A stretch of DNA of 64,000 nt from Bacillus subtilis subsp. subtilis str. 168 (GCF_000009045.1 NC_000964.3:992001-1056000), one strand, 5' to 3'. Shown: positions 53,318-63,142, numbered from the stretch's first letter. Notes: generated from the sequence alone by a model not told the origin. Numbers and translations are program-made.

Positions 53318-55075
53318 ATGTTTTCAGTTTTGAAAAAGCTTGGCTGGTTTTTTAAGGCGTACTGGCTGCGCTATACGATTGCGATTGTCCTTTTATTAGC
53401 AGTCAATGTCATTGAAATGTTTCCGCCTAAGCTCTTGGGGAACGCCATAGATGATATGAAAGCAGGGGCATTTACTGCGGAAGGGCTGCTGTTTTATATC
53501 GGTATCTTTTTTGTGCTGACGGCGGCCGTGTATATCATGTCTTATTTTTGGATGCATCAGCTGTTTGGCGGAGCGAATCTGATGGAGAAAATTCTTCGTA
53601 CGAAGCTGATGGGGCATTTGCTGACTATGTCGCCGCCGTTTTATGAAAAAAACCGAACAGGCGATTTAATGGCACGAGGGACAAATGATCTTCAGGCCGT
53701 CAGTTTAACCACAGGGTTTGGCATCTTGACGTTAGTTGATTCTACGATGTTTATGATGACGATCTTTTTGACAATGGGGTTTTTGATCAGCTGGAAGCTG
53801 ACCTTTGCCGCCATTATCCCGCTTCCAGTCATGGCGATTGCAATCAGTCTATATGGAAGTAAAATTCATGAGCGGTTTACTGAGGCCCAAAACGCGTTCG
53901 GGGCGCTGAATGACAGAGTGCTGGAATCTGTTTCAGGCGTGCGGGTGATTCGCGCGTATGTTCAGGAAACAAACGATGTTCGCCGGTTTAATGAAATGAC
54001 CGCTGATGTTTATCAGAAAAATATGAAAGTGGCTTTTATTGATTCACTGTTTGAGCCGACGGTAAAACTGCTTGTCGGCGCAAGCTATCTGATTGGGCTC
54101 GGCTACGGAGCGTTTCTTGTATTCCGGAACGAGCTGACGCTTGGAGAGTTAGTGTCCTTTAACGTTTATCTCGGCATGATGATTTGGCCGATGTTTGCAA
54201 TCGGTGAACTCATTAATGTGATGCAGCGCGGCAATGCGTCATTAGATCGGGTAAATGAAACTCTTTCTTATGAAACGGATGTGACAGATCCAAAACAGCC
54301 CGCTGATCTTAAAGAGCCTGGAGATATCGTTTTCAGTCATGTCAGCTTTACATATCCAAGCTCAACAAGTGACAATCTTCAGGATATTTCATTTACGGTG
54401 CGAAAAGGGCAGACTGTCGGGATTGCAGGTAAAACCGGGAGCGGAAAAACGACAATTATTAAGCAGCTTTTGCGCCAGTATCCTCCAGGTGAAGGGAGCA
54501 TTACATTTTCAGGTGTACCGATTCAGCAAATCCCTCTTGACCGTCTCCGCGGATGGATCGGATATGTGCCTCAGGATCATTTACTGTTTTCACGGACTGT
54601 AAAAGAAAATATTTTATACGGAAAACAGGATGCAACTGATAAAGAGGTTCAGCAAGCCATTGCCGAAGCACATTTTGAAAAAGATTTGCACATGCTTCCG
54701 TCCGGTCTGGAGACAATGGTCGGTGAAAAAGGCGTGGCACTGTCAGGCGGGCAGAAACAAAGAATTTCGATCGCGAGAGCACTCATGGCGAATCCGGAAA
54801 TCTTGATTCTGGATGATTCACTTTCCGCTGTAGATGCCAAAACAGAGGCTGCAATTATCAAGAACATCAGAGAAAACCGCAAAGGAAAAACGACATTTAT
54901 TTTGACACACCGATTATCCGCGGTAGAGCACGCTGACCTGATCCTTGTGATGGACGGCGGCGTCATTGCTGAGAGAGGCACGCATCAAGAACTGCTGGCC
55001 AATAATGGGTGGTACCGGGAACAATATGAAAGACAGCAGCTGTTCACTGCGGAAGAAGGGGGAGCAGGGGCATGA
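53318..55075 (+). CDS. bmrC: Heterodimeric multidrug ABC exporter subunit
   Basis: TMD plus NBD; GKTGSGKT, LSGGQKQR, degenerate Walker B (LDDS). Confidence 0.95.
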   Translation: MFSVLKKLGWFFKAYWLRYTIAIVLLLAVNVIEMFPPKLLGNAIDDMKAGAFTAEGLLFYIGIFFVLTAAVYIMSYFWMHQLFGGANLMEKILRTKLMGHLLTMSPPFYEKNRTGDLMARGTNDLQAVSLTTGFGILTLVDSTMFMMTIFLTMGFLISWKLTFAAIIPLPVMAIAISLYGSKIHERFTEAQNAFGALNDRVLESVSGVRVIRAYVQETNDVRRFNEMTADVYQKNMKVAFIDSLFEPTVKLLVGASYLIGLGYGAFLVFRNELTLGELVSFNVYLGMMIWPMFAIGELINVMQRGNASLDRVNETLSYETDVTDPKQPADLKEPGDIVFSHVSFTYPSSTSDNLQDISFTVRKGQTVGIAGKTGSGKTTIIKQLLRQYPPGEGSITFSGVPIQQIPLDRLRGWIGYVPQDHLLFSRTVKENILYGKQDATDKEVQQAIAEAHFEKDLHMLPSGLETMVGEKGVALSGGQKQRISIARALMANPEILILDDSLSAVDAKTEAAIIKNIRENRKGKTTFILTHRLSAVEHADLILVMDGGVIAERGTHQELLANNGWYREQYERQQLFTAEEGGAGA

Positions 55076-57093
55076 AAATAGGAAAAACGTTATGGAGATA
55101 CGCACTTCTTTATCGAAAATTGCTGATCACAGCCGTCCTTTTGCTAACTGTTGCCGTCGGTGCAGAACTGACTGGGCCCTTTATTGGCAAAAAAATGATA
55201 GACGACCATATCCTCGGCATTGAGAAAACATGGTATGAAGCTGCGGAAAAAGATAAAAATGCCGTTCAGTTTCACGGCGTCTCATATGTCAGAGAGGACC
55301 GATTGCAGGAGCCTGTTTCAAAAGCAAAAGAAGCGCATATTTATCAAGTGGGAATGGCGTTCTATTTTGTTGATCAGGCTGTCAGCTTCGACGGGAATAG
55401 AACGGTTTCTGACGGGAAGCTGACGATCACAAACGGAGACAAGAGCCGGGCATATGCTGCCGAAAAGCTGACTAAGCAGGAACTTTTCCAGTTCTATCAG
55501 CCGGAAATAAAGGGAATGGTGTTACTGATCTGCCTGTATGGGGGCTTGCTTGTGTTTTCGGTATTCTTTCAATACGGACAGCATTATCTGCTGCAGATGA
55601 GCGCCAATCGGATTATTCAAAAGATGAGGCAGGACGTGTTTTCGCACATACAGAAAATGCCGATTCGCTATTTTGACAACCTTCCGGCCGGAAAAGTCGT
55701 TGCGCGGATTACCAATGATACGGAGGCTATTAGGGATTTATATGTCACAGTGCTTTCAACATTTGTGACAAGCGGAATCTATATGTTCGGGATATTCACG
55801 GCTTTGTTTCTGCTTGATGTGAAGCTTGCGTTTGTATGTCTGGCAATTGTGCCGATTATCTGGCTGTGGTCGGTCATATACCGGAGATATGCGTCATATT
55901 ACAACCAAAAAATCCGCTCGATCAACAGTGACATTAACGCAAAAATGAATGAGTCAATTCAAGGCATGACCATTATTCAGGCTTTCCGCCATCAAAAGGA
56001 AACAATGAGAGAATTTGAGGAATTAAATGAATCACATTTTTATTTCCAAAACAGGATGCTGAATTTAAACTCCTTAATGTCCCATAATCTGGTCAATGTC
56101 ATCCGCAATCTTGCGTTCGTCTGTCTGATCTGGCATTTTGGCGGTGCGAGCCTGAATGCGGCGGGGATTGTTTCTATCGGTGTGCTGTACGCGTTTGTCG
56201 ATTATTTGAACCGGTTATTTCAGCCGATCACAGGCATCGTCAATCAGTTTTCAAAGCTGGAGCTTGCAAGGGTCTCCGCCGGGCGTGTTTTTGAACTGCT
56301 TGAAGAAAAGAATACGGAAGAAGCGGGTGAACCGGCGAAGGAGCGCGCGCTGGGGCGGGTTGAATTTCGTGATGTGTCATTTGCGTATCAAGAAGGTGAA
56401 GAGGTATTAAAGCATATTTCCTTTACTGCGCAAAAAGGCGAAACCGTAGCGCTCGTCGGCCATACCGGATCAGGAAAAAGCTCGATTTTGAATCTTCTGT
56501 TTCGTTTTTATGATGCGCAAAAAGGTGATGTCTTAATTGATGGAAAAAGCATTTACAACATGTCAAGACAGGAACTCAGATCCCATATGGGTATTGTGCT
56601 TCAGGACCCGTACTTATTCTCGGGCACAATCGGATCTAACGTAAGTCTGGATGACGAAAGAATGACTGAAGAAGAAATAAAAAATGCACTGCGGCAAGTC
56701 GGTGCTGAGCCTCTTCTTAAGAAGCTTCCGAAGGGCATTAATGAGCCCGTGATTGAAAAAGGCAGCACGCTATCCTCTGGAGAGCGGCAGTTAATTTCTT
56801 TCGCTAGAGCTTTGGCGTTTGATCCCGCGATCTTGATTTTAGATGAGGCAACGGCGCATATTGATACAGAGACAGAGGCCGTGATCCAGAAGGCGCTTGA
56901 TGTCGTCAAACAAGGACGCACCACCTTCGTCATCGCTCACCGGCTTTCAACAATCAGAAATGCTGATCAGATTTTGGTTCTTGATAAAGGAGAAATTGTT
57001 GAGAGAGGGAACCACGAGGAACTGATGGCATTAGAAGGCCAATATTATCAAATGTATGAACTGCAAAAGGGACAGAAACATTCCATTGCATAA
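55072..57093 (+). CDS. bmrD: Heterodimeric multidrug ABC exporter subunit
   Basis: Large extracellular loop; GHTGSGKS, LSSGERQ, LDEAT. Confidence 0.95.
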   Translation: MKIGKTLWRYALLYRKLLITAVLLLTVAVGAELTGPFIGKKMIDDHILGIEKTWYEAAEKDKNAVQFHGVSYVREDRLQEPVSKAKEAHIYQVGMAFYFVDQAVSFDGNRTVSDGKLTITNGDKSRAYAAEKLTKQELFQFYQPEIKGMVLLICLYGGLLVFSVFFQYGQHYLLQMSANRIIQKMRQDVFSHIQKMPIRYFDNLPAGKVVARITNDTEAIRDLYVTVLSTFVTSGIYMFGIFTALFLLDVKLAFVCLAIVPIIWLWSVIYRRYASYYNQKIRSINSDINAKMNESIQGMTIIQAFRHQKETMREFEELNESHFYFQNRMLNLNSLMSHNLVNVIRNLAFVCLIWHFGGASLNAAGIVSIGVLYAFVDYLNRLFQPITGIVNQFSKLELARVSAGRVFELLEEKNTEEAGEPAKERALGRVEFRDVSFAYQEGEEVLKHISFTAQKGETVALVGHTGSGKSSILNLLFRFYDAQKGDVLIDGKSIYNMSRQELRSHMGIVLQDPYLFSGTIGSNVSLDDERMTEEEIKNALRQVGAEPLLKKLPKGINEPVIEKGSTLSSGERQLISFARALAFDPAILILDEATAHIDTETEAVIQKALDVVKQGRTTFVIAHRLSTIRNADQILVLDKGEIVERGNHEELMALEGQYYQMYELQKGQKHSIA

Positions 57094-57098
57094 CGCTC

Positions 57099-57130
57099 AA
57101 AAACCCAAAACAATCGTGTTTTGGGTTTTT
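57099..57130. terminator. Bidirectional terminator bmrD/yheG
   Basis: AAAAACCCAAAAC..GTTTTGGGTTTTT. Confidence 0.85.
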
Positions 57131-57141
57131 GGTTTATGTAG

Positions 57142-57762
57142 TCAATAAGCCAGTCCGACACGGTTTCCGACATACTCACCTGTAACGAGCTCACGATATA
57201 AAAAGTCCGCAGTATCGCCGACCGAAATGCTTGTGCCGCCCTCAGGCAAAACGTTACGCTCCGTACGATAAACGCCGGTTGCTGTTCCGTCCGGGAGGTA
57301 AGTGGGGCAGATGATTGTCCAGTCTAATGATGATTCTTTAAGCATTTCGTATACTTTTGCATGCTCCTTGGCTGCGCGGGTCTGCTTTCGTTTCGATTCA
57401 TTTGTTTCAAACCGGTATTTTCCCGGTTCATATCGGGAATCTAGGATCCCTGCGGTGCCGATCGTAATAAGCCGTTTGATATGCTGTTCCTCCATAACGG
57501 AGAGAATGTGTGCCATAGCAGTTGACAAGGTATCATCACCATCTGTGCCTAGACAGCTGATCACGATTTCAGCATTCTCCATTATTTTTTTCACATCTTC
57601 TAAGCGGCGGGCGTTCCCCATGACAGTTCTGTCTTTTGAAAGGGGAAGATCAGCATGTTGAGATCTGATCAGAGCGAAAATATCAAATCTTTCATCTGCT
57701 GCAGCTTGTGTTAAAAAGGCTTGTCCGACGCGGCCGCTGGCTCCTAATAAAGCGATTTTCAT
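57142..57762 (-). CDS. yheG: NAD(P)-binding Rossmann protein (flavin reductase/BVR-B-like)
   Basis: GASGRVG; LDWTIICP; ISVGDTA. Confidence 0.9.
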
Positions 57763-57800
57763 TAAAAAACCTCCTCGCCTTTCATTATAAAAGGATGTTC

Positions 57801-57926
57801 TCAGTTTGAACAGCGCGGGAAAGAATACCTGTACAAATAAACAGAACGATGGGAAACATATTCATGAATCATGGATACACTTACGAATTGAACCAGCTCC
57901 CAATTCACAATGGTGATGAATGACAC
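57801..57926 (-). CDS. yheF: 41-aa small protein [41 protein letters not shown]
   Basis: Strong SD AAAGGGAGGG before GTG 57926; not in the supplied ORF track. Confidence 0.65.
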
Positions 57927-57986
57927 CCCGATTCCCTCCCTTTTTTTCTAGGATATGTGGAGCAGGAAAAAAGGGTGACAAAATAA

Positions 57987-58011
57987 AGAGAGCGCGGAAA
58001 CCGCGCCCTCT
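57987..58011 (-). terminator. Terminator after sspB
   Basis: Minus strand AGAGGGCGCGGTTTCCGCGCTCTCT followed by TTATTTT. Confidence 0.8.
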
Positions 58012-58030
58012 ATAGCCATATATTGAATTG

Positions 58031-58234
58031 TTATTGAACTCTGCCGCCCATTTGCTGCTGAGCGAAAGATACTAAACGTTTTGTGATTTCTCCTCCGACA
58101 GAACCGTTAGCGCGAGAAGTTGTGTCCGCTCCAAGGTTAACGCCGAATTCAGAAGCGATTTCAAGTTTCATTTGATCGATAGCCTGAGCTGCGCCAGGAA
58201 CTAGTAAGTCATTTGAAGAGTTTTGGTTAGCCAT
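58031..58234 (-). CDS. sspB: Beta-type small acid-soluble spore protein
   Basis: [26 protein letters not shown] signature; SD AAAGGAG before ATG 58234. Confidence 0.98.
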   Translation of the reverse strand: MANQNSSNDLLVPGAAQAIDQMKLEIASEFGVNLGADTTSRANGSVGGEITKRLVSFAQQQMGGRVQ

Positions 58235-58260
58235 GTGTAAAATCTCCTTTTTATTTAGTA

Positions 58261-58332
58261 TGGTTGGGTTAACTGGAGTTGCACCAATCTGTGAACCCTT
58301 CTCGGGTGTCACTGCCGCCTCGGCGTAACCCA
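58261..58332 (-). ncRNA. Candidate tRNA-like structured element in the sspB 5' leader
   Basis: UGGGUUA/UAACCCA stem + A + CCA; T-arm AUUGG-UGCAACU-CCAGU; D-like GCCG-AGG-CGGC; 8-bp middle arm. Folded by eye only. Confidence 0.55.
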
Positions 58333-58356
58333 ATGCTTTGCCGGCTTGTTACTACG

Positions 58357-58386
58357 TATTATGTTAAAATGGCCGGAAAATCATGC
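58357..58386 (-). promoter_or_regulatory. sigmaG promoter of sspB
   Basis: GCATG-18-CATAATA; implies a leader of about 115 nt. Confidence 0.85.
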
Positions 58387-58442
58387 GGAGAATTGTGTGG
58401 TAAATCTTGAGAAATAAAAAAAGCTTAGCCGTTTAGGCTAAG

Positions 58443-58652
58443 CTAGTCATAAATATGAAAAAGCATCAGTTCATGTATCTCGTTTGTAAGAGCAGGCTCG
58501 TCAGCGCGGGCGGGAAACAAGTCTCCCCATTCAATCTCACCGCTCTTATGATAGATGCCTTCATAATGGGTCCCTTTATAATAAAATGAAATTTTCCATC
58601 CGGGCAGCTTTTCTTTTGGGAACAAAGGTTTCCAGCTGAAATGAGAAATCAT
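58443..58652 (-). CDS. yheE: Small conserved protein
   Basis: SD AAGGAG 10 nt before ATG 58652; terminator hairpin at 58416-58444. Confidence 0.82.
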   Translation of the reverse strand: MISHFSWKPLFPKEKLPGWKISFYYKGTHYEGIYHKSGEIEWGDLFPARADEPALTNEIHELMLFHIYD

Positions 58653-58810
58653 TACGGCCACGCTCCTTACATTTGGTATCAATTGACCTAAATAAAAACG
58701 GCTTATGTTCATTGTATCATTGTTTCAGAACATCATTGAAGAGGCCTAAATATGCAGTTTGTCCCAGCTTTGGATAAAGATAAGCCCGCTTTATTAAAAA
58801 AGCGGACAGG

Positions 58811-60172
58811 TTACGAAGGCCACAATGCTTCCGGAGATGTGATTGCCTTCTCAGATAAATATGACGCGTATTCAAAACTTCTTCGTTTTGTAAGAGAATC
58901 AACATGATGCAAATTTGGATGAGAAAAAATGCTTCGGCCCGGGCGCGAATTCGCTTCAAACATCCATACTTTACCGTTCTGATCAATGCCAAAATCGAAA
59001 CCAATCTCCCCGATAAATCCCTCGATATGATCATGAAGGACATGGCTTGCAGTCAGTGCCGCTGCAGAAAGCTTTTTAATGACCTCAACTCTTTCAGCGG
59101 GATCATCGTATACTTCCGCAAGTGTCTTTACAGTGCCGCCGTTAGAAAGATGTGTTGTAATGCTGTTCTTTCCGGAAATTTTTACGGCGATTGCTGTCAC
59201 TGTCCATTTTCCTTTTCTGTTTTTATTGGTATGGACACGGAAATCCGCTGGTTTGCCTTGAAATTCGATGAGATCAACACCTTGCTGAATGAGAAAGTCG
59301 GACGGGTTGTGATGTTTTTGAAATTCTGCAAGGAATGAGGCGGCATCGGAATAATCAATTGATGTAAAAGTTTTGGCGTCATTCGTATGCTTTACCGTCA
59401 GGCCGCCATCTGTTCTTGTCAGCTGATAAATGCCGGTGCCGAGTGCTCCATTTGCCGGTTTGATATAGACTTTTTTGTATGCGCCACAGAGCTCATCTAT
59501 CAGCTCCACAGACGGTGTCAGCTCGGATCTAGGCAAAAAGGGTGCCGTTCTTGGATCTTTTTCGAGCAATTGATGAACGTTCCATTTATTGAAAAACGTT
59601 TTATTAAACCATGGGATCTGATATTCATCGATCAGCCTCTTTTTTGTATGTTGCAAGAGAAGTGAATCTTCAATTTTTCGGTTCGGCAAACGGTCATAAA
59701 CGACGTTCGGCAATGGAACGATTTTTTTCTCCCAGCCGTTTTCCCTGTAAAGGAGGCCTTCAATCGTGCCTTCCTCCCAATTGATTTGGTGCGCGCCAAA
59801 AACGAAGCAGTAGCCCCCGGCTTGCTCGTGTAACGTGACAAGTTTAGAAAAAAAGAGGGAACGATCCTTAAATGGGCGTTCAAGAGATACAGTAAACCCT
59901 GCCGTAAAGATGCCGACTAACGGCCCGATATGCACTGTATGATCATGAATCAGTATATCTGCCCTGCTTCGGTGGGGAAGCAAAAGCTCATGAAACAGAT
60001 TTTCAGAGAGAAGCACGGTTTGTTCCAGATGCCGTCTGTAAGCAACGTGGCATCTGACAACCTTCGTTCCGAATGCGGCATGCAAAAGTCCGTCTTGCTT
60101 CAGCGAAGAGGGCAGAAACAGGGTGTTTTCACTGGTTTTGTCTATGCCGATCAAAAACCGTTTAGGATTCAC
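58811..60172 (-). CDS. yheD: Spore-coat-associated ATP-grasp protein (YheC/D family)
   Basis: YIKPANGALGTGI, DFRVH, GFDFGID and FEANSRPG ATP-grasp motifs. Confidence 0.92.
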   Translation of the reverse strand: MNPKRFLIGIDKTSENTLFLPSSLKQDGLLHAAFGTKVVRCHVAYRRHLEQTVLLSENLFHELLLPHRSRADILIHDHTVHIGPLVGIFTAGFTVSLERPFKDRSLFFSKLVTLHEQAGGYCFVFGAHQINWEEGTIEGLLYRENGWEKKIVPLPNVVYDRLPNRKIEDSLLLQHTKKRLIDEYQIPWFNKTFFNKWNVHQLLEKDPRTAPFLPRSELTPSVELIDELCGAYKKVYIKPANGALGTGIYQLTRTDGGLTVKHTNDAKTFTSIDYSDAASFLAEFQKHHNPSDFLIQQGVDLIEFQGKPADFRVHTNKNRKGKWTVTAIAVKISGKNSITTHLSNGGTVKTLAEVYDDPAERVEVIKKLSAAALTASHVLHDHIEGFIGEIGFDFGIDQNGKVWMFEANSRPGRSIFSHPNLHHVDSLTKRRSFEYASYLSEKAITSPEALWPS

Positions 60173-61253
60173 GCGGAAGAACTCCTTTCTGGCTTTGCTC
60201 AGAAAACAGATATTGGCAGCGTTTTAGGGGACAAGTGTACAGCTGTTCTTTTTGCTCGGGAGAGACACGCAGGATTGACTTCCTGCCTGGTTTGGAATTG
60301 ATATCTAAAATCCAAATTCTCCCGTCCTTTGCAAGACATATATCAAGACCGAGTTCAAACAACGGCCCATAGCGCTCGTCAAGATAATACGGAACCGATT
60401 GGGTAATTGAAAACACATCATCTAGTAAAACCACTTGCTGTTTTTTCGGTATATCTTCAAACCAGGAGTCAAATGTCAGCGCATCAGATCCGCCTGACAA
60501 ATTGGCCAGCAGCCCGTGTTTGTATCCGCGTCTTACTGCCTTTCCGACTGTATTCCATTCACCTGCTTCGTTTTTTTCCATAAACAGACGAATATCACAA
60601 GGGTATTGTTCCTTATCTTGAATGTTTAAGTAAGGCTGAAGCAAATATTGATGCTGAAGCACTTTTTTGCACCATGTTTTAAAAGAAGTCTGGTTGGAAA
60701 ACGTTTTTGTCTGCTTATCCTTTCCGATGTGATAAGTAGCAGTGATGTTTTTCTTGCCCAGCTTCAAAAGAATCACGCCTCTGCCTCCCGCGCCGAATGC
60801 CGGTTTAAGGATGCAGGCTTTTTCTTTGGATAAAAAGGAGTGAATTTGTTCGTAGCGGCTCACCTTTATCGTTTCGGGAATATAGGGATTGATTACAGAG
60901 TGCTGCTGCAAATCGTGAAGGACGGTCCACTTATCGGGAAGACCCCGCCCGATAAATTCCGTTTTCGGATATTTTTTGAGCCACTCAACGATTGGTTTTG
61001 CTTTTTGGGAATGTGAATCCTTGCCGTAAAAACAGCGATCATAAATATAATCTGGAATCGCCATTTCAGTTTCGTTCCATGTGCTGCTGGCCGAATGATA
61101 GACCGATGCTTTGACACGCAAAGTGTCAGGTGAAATATCAAATGGTGTAAACCGGATGAAACGTATGCCGAATTCGGGTGCTCTTTTGGCCAGTTCTGCG
61201 GAATAATCCGCTTCATGCTGGCGGGATAAGGACATAAAACCGAGTGTTATCAT
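60162..61253 (-). CDS. yheC: YheC/D-family ATP-grasp protein
   Basis: LKPAFGAGGRGV, DIRLF, GLDI and LDINSKPG; SD GGGGGAG before ATG 61253. Confidence 0.92.
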   Translation of the reverse strand: MITLGFMSLSRQHEADYSAELAKRAPEFGIRFIRFTPFDISPDTLRVKASVYHSASSTWNETEMAIPDYIYDRCFYGKDSHSQKAKPIVEWLKKYPKTEFIGRGLPDKWTVLHDLQQHSVINPYIPETIKVSRYEQIHSFLSKEKACILKPAFGAGGRGVILLKLGKKNITATYHIGKDKQTKTFSNQTSFKTWCKKVLQHQYLLQPYLNIQDKEQYPCDIRLFMEKNEAGEWNTVGKAVRRGYKHGLLANLSGGSDALTFDSWFEDIPKKQQVVLLDDVFSITQSVPYYLDERYGPLFELGLDICLAKDGRIWILDINSKPGRKSILRVSPEQKEQLYTCPLKRCQYLFSEQSQKGVLPRES

Positions 61254-61519
61254 GGTGAGACTCCCCCTTTTATTCAAAAGCTGCCGGCGGGTGTCCGCAG
61301 CTTTACACTAAATACATGTAAGACGAACGCAGCTGACGGTATTCTACTTTACAGAATACGATTCTCCACCTTGCCCTATTCCAAAAGAACAAGCTGATTT
61401 TCTAAGAACAGGAATTTGTCTCCTCGTTTGCTAAGTGATTGCATGAGCCTCTATAATACGTATAGGTACATAATCTATATGAAAAAAGCTGAAGCACAGA
61501 TGGAGGAAGATGAATAGGA

Positions 61520-62653
61520 ATGGGTATTGCAGGAACCTTTATTTTTATGATCGTGATCGGCGCTGCCATTGGAGCGGTGACCAATCATTTAGCAATTCAA
61601 ATGCTGTTTAGGCCGTATAAAGCGTACTATTTGTTTGGGAAACGAGTTCCTTTTACGCCCGGGCTGATTCCAAGACGGCGAGATGAACTTGCAAAACAAA
61701 TGGGACTGATGGTAGTCAATCATCTCTTAACCCCTGAAGGCATTAAAAAGCGGCTCGTCTCTGATGCAGCCAAAACGCAGGCTCTTCGAGTGGGGGAACA
61801 GCTGATTCAAAAGCTGTCACTTTCTGAAGTGACAGTAAAAGAAGCGCTTGAAAAAGCCGGGATGAAGCGCCCCGAAAAAGCTGCTGATGCATGGATCAGC
61901 AGCTGGACCGATGATAAGCTGCATGAGCTTTTCCGCCAATACGGGGACCAATCGTTAAAAGAGCTGGTGCCTATAGAGGTGCAGGAAAAGCTTGAGGAAA
62001 AAATTCCGATGATTTCAGGATATATATTGTCACGGAGTGTCCGTTATTTTGAAAGTGATGAAGGAAAAATCCGTCTTGGCAATATGATTGATGACTTTTT
62101 AAAAGAGCGCGGCATGCTTGGAAGCATGGTGCAATTGTTTCTTGGCAATTCAAGCCTTGCGGATCGCGTGCTGCCGGAGCTGCTGAAATTCTTGCGCAAT
62201 GAGGAAACAAATAAATTGCTTTCTGATCTCTTAAAAAACGAATGGGGCAAGCTGAGGGAGTATACGTTTAATGAAGCAGATGAAAAATGGAATGCAAAGG
62301 CGCTCATTTTCAGTTTGAAACGAAGAGTGCTGCAAGCATTTTCGACTGCCCCTTTCTTCAACAATACGATTGGCACGCTTACCGTCCGCTATGAATCTGA
62401 GCTGACCCAGCAAATGCTGCCGGCACTATTAGACAAATTGCTTGAAGGTATTTCGTCCAACCTTGAAAGTGTCTTAAAACGGTTGCGTCTTGAGGAAATC
62501 GTCAAGGAGCAGGTGGATCAGTTCCCGGTGGAGCGTCTTGAAGAAATGGTGCTGTCCATTTCAAAAAAAGAATTTAAAATGATTACCTATTTGGGGGGCC
62601 TTCTCGGCGGAATTATAGGCGCGATTCAAGCATTGTTTGTCATCCTTTTTTAA
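61520..62653 (+). CDS. yheB: DUF445/UPF0754 membrane protein
   Basis: TNHLAIQMLFRP and GGLLGGIIG terminal helices. Confidence 0.9.
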   Translation: MGIAGTFIFMIVIGAAIGAVTNHLAIQMLFRPYKAYYLFGKRVPFTPGLIPRRRDELAKQMGLMVVNHLLTPEGIKKRLVSDAAKTQALRVGEQLIQKLSLSEVTVKEALEKAGMKRPEKAADAWISSWTDDKLHELFRQYGDQSLKELVPIEVQEKLEEKIPMISGYILSRSVRYFESDEGKIRLGNMIDDFLKERGMLGSMVQLFLGNSSLADRVLPELLKFLRNEETNKLLSDLLKNEWGKLREYTFNEADEKWNAKALIFSLKRRVLQAFSTAPFFNNTIGTLTVRYESELTQQMLPALLDKLLEGISSNLESVLKRLRLEEIVKEQVDQFPVERLEEMVLSISKKEFKMITYLGGLLGGIIGAIQALFVILF

Positions 62654-62745
62654 GAAGAAATGGTTTTTGATTAATGAAAGGAGCTCCATAGTCTGTTATA
62701 GTGGAGTGGTATGTCAAACGGCAATGATGAAAGGAGCTATTTACA

Positions 62746-63099
62746 ATGGCTGTTAATTTTTATGATGTAGCGTATGATCTGGAAAATGCATTACGCGGGA
62801 GCGAAGAATTCACCCGTTTAAAAAACCTTTACGACGAAGTTAACGCAGATGAATCAGCGAAGCGCATGTTCGAAAACTTCCGTGATGTACAGCTTAGACT
62901 CCAGCAAAAACAAATGGCAGGAGAAGAGATTACACAAGAAGAAGTGACGCAGGCTCAAAAAACAGTTGCGCTTGTACAGCAGCACGAAAAAATTTCTCAG
63001 CTGATGGAAGCGGAGCAGCGCATGAGCATGCTGATTGGTGAATTGAACAAAATCATTATGAAGCCTTTAGAAGAGCTTTACGGCAGTGTTGAAGGCTAA
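62746..63099 (+). CDS. yheA: YlbF/YmcA-like (UPF0342) protein
   Basis: Helical Com_YlbF-like sequence; SD AAAGGAG. Confidence 0.9.
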   Translation: MAVNFYDVAYDLENALRGSEEFTRLKNLYDEVNADESAKRMFENFRDVQLRLQQKQMAGEEITQEEVTQAQKTVALVQQHEKISQLMEAEQRMSMLIGELNKIIMKPLEELYGSVEG

Positions 63100-63104
63100 T
63101 AAGC

Positions 63105-63136
63105 AAAATCCCTTCTTGGATAAGAAGGGATTTTTT
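63105..63136. terminator. Bidirectional terminator yheA/yhaZ
   Basis: AAAATCCCTTCTT..AAGAAGGGATTTTTT. Confidence 0.88.
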
Positions 63137-63142
63137 ATTCAC

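Noticed and set aside
58235-58333. 33-codon N-terminal extension of SspB (100-aa ORF from TTG 58333)
   Set aside because: No SD before the TTG; a strong SD sits before ATG 58234; SASP-beta is 67 aa. The region is better explained as structured RNA.
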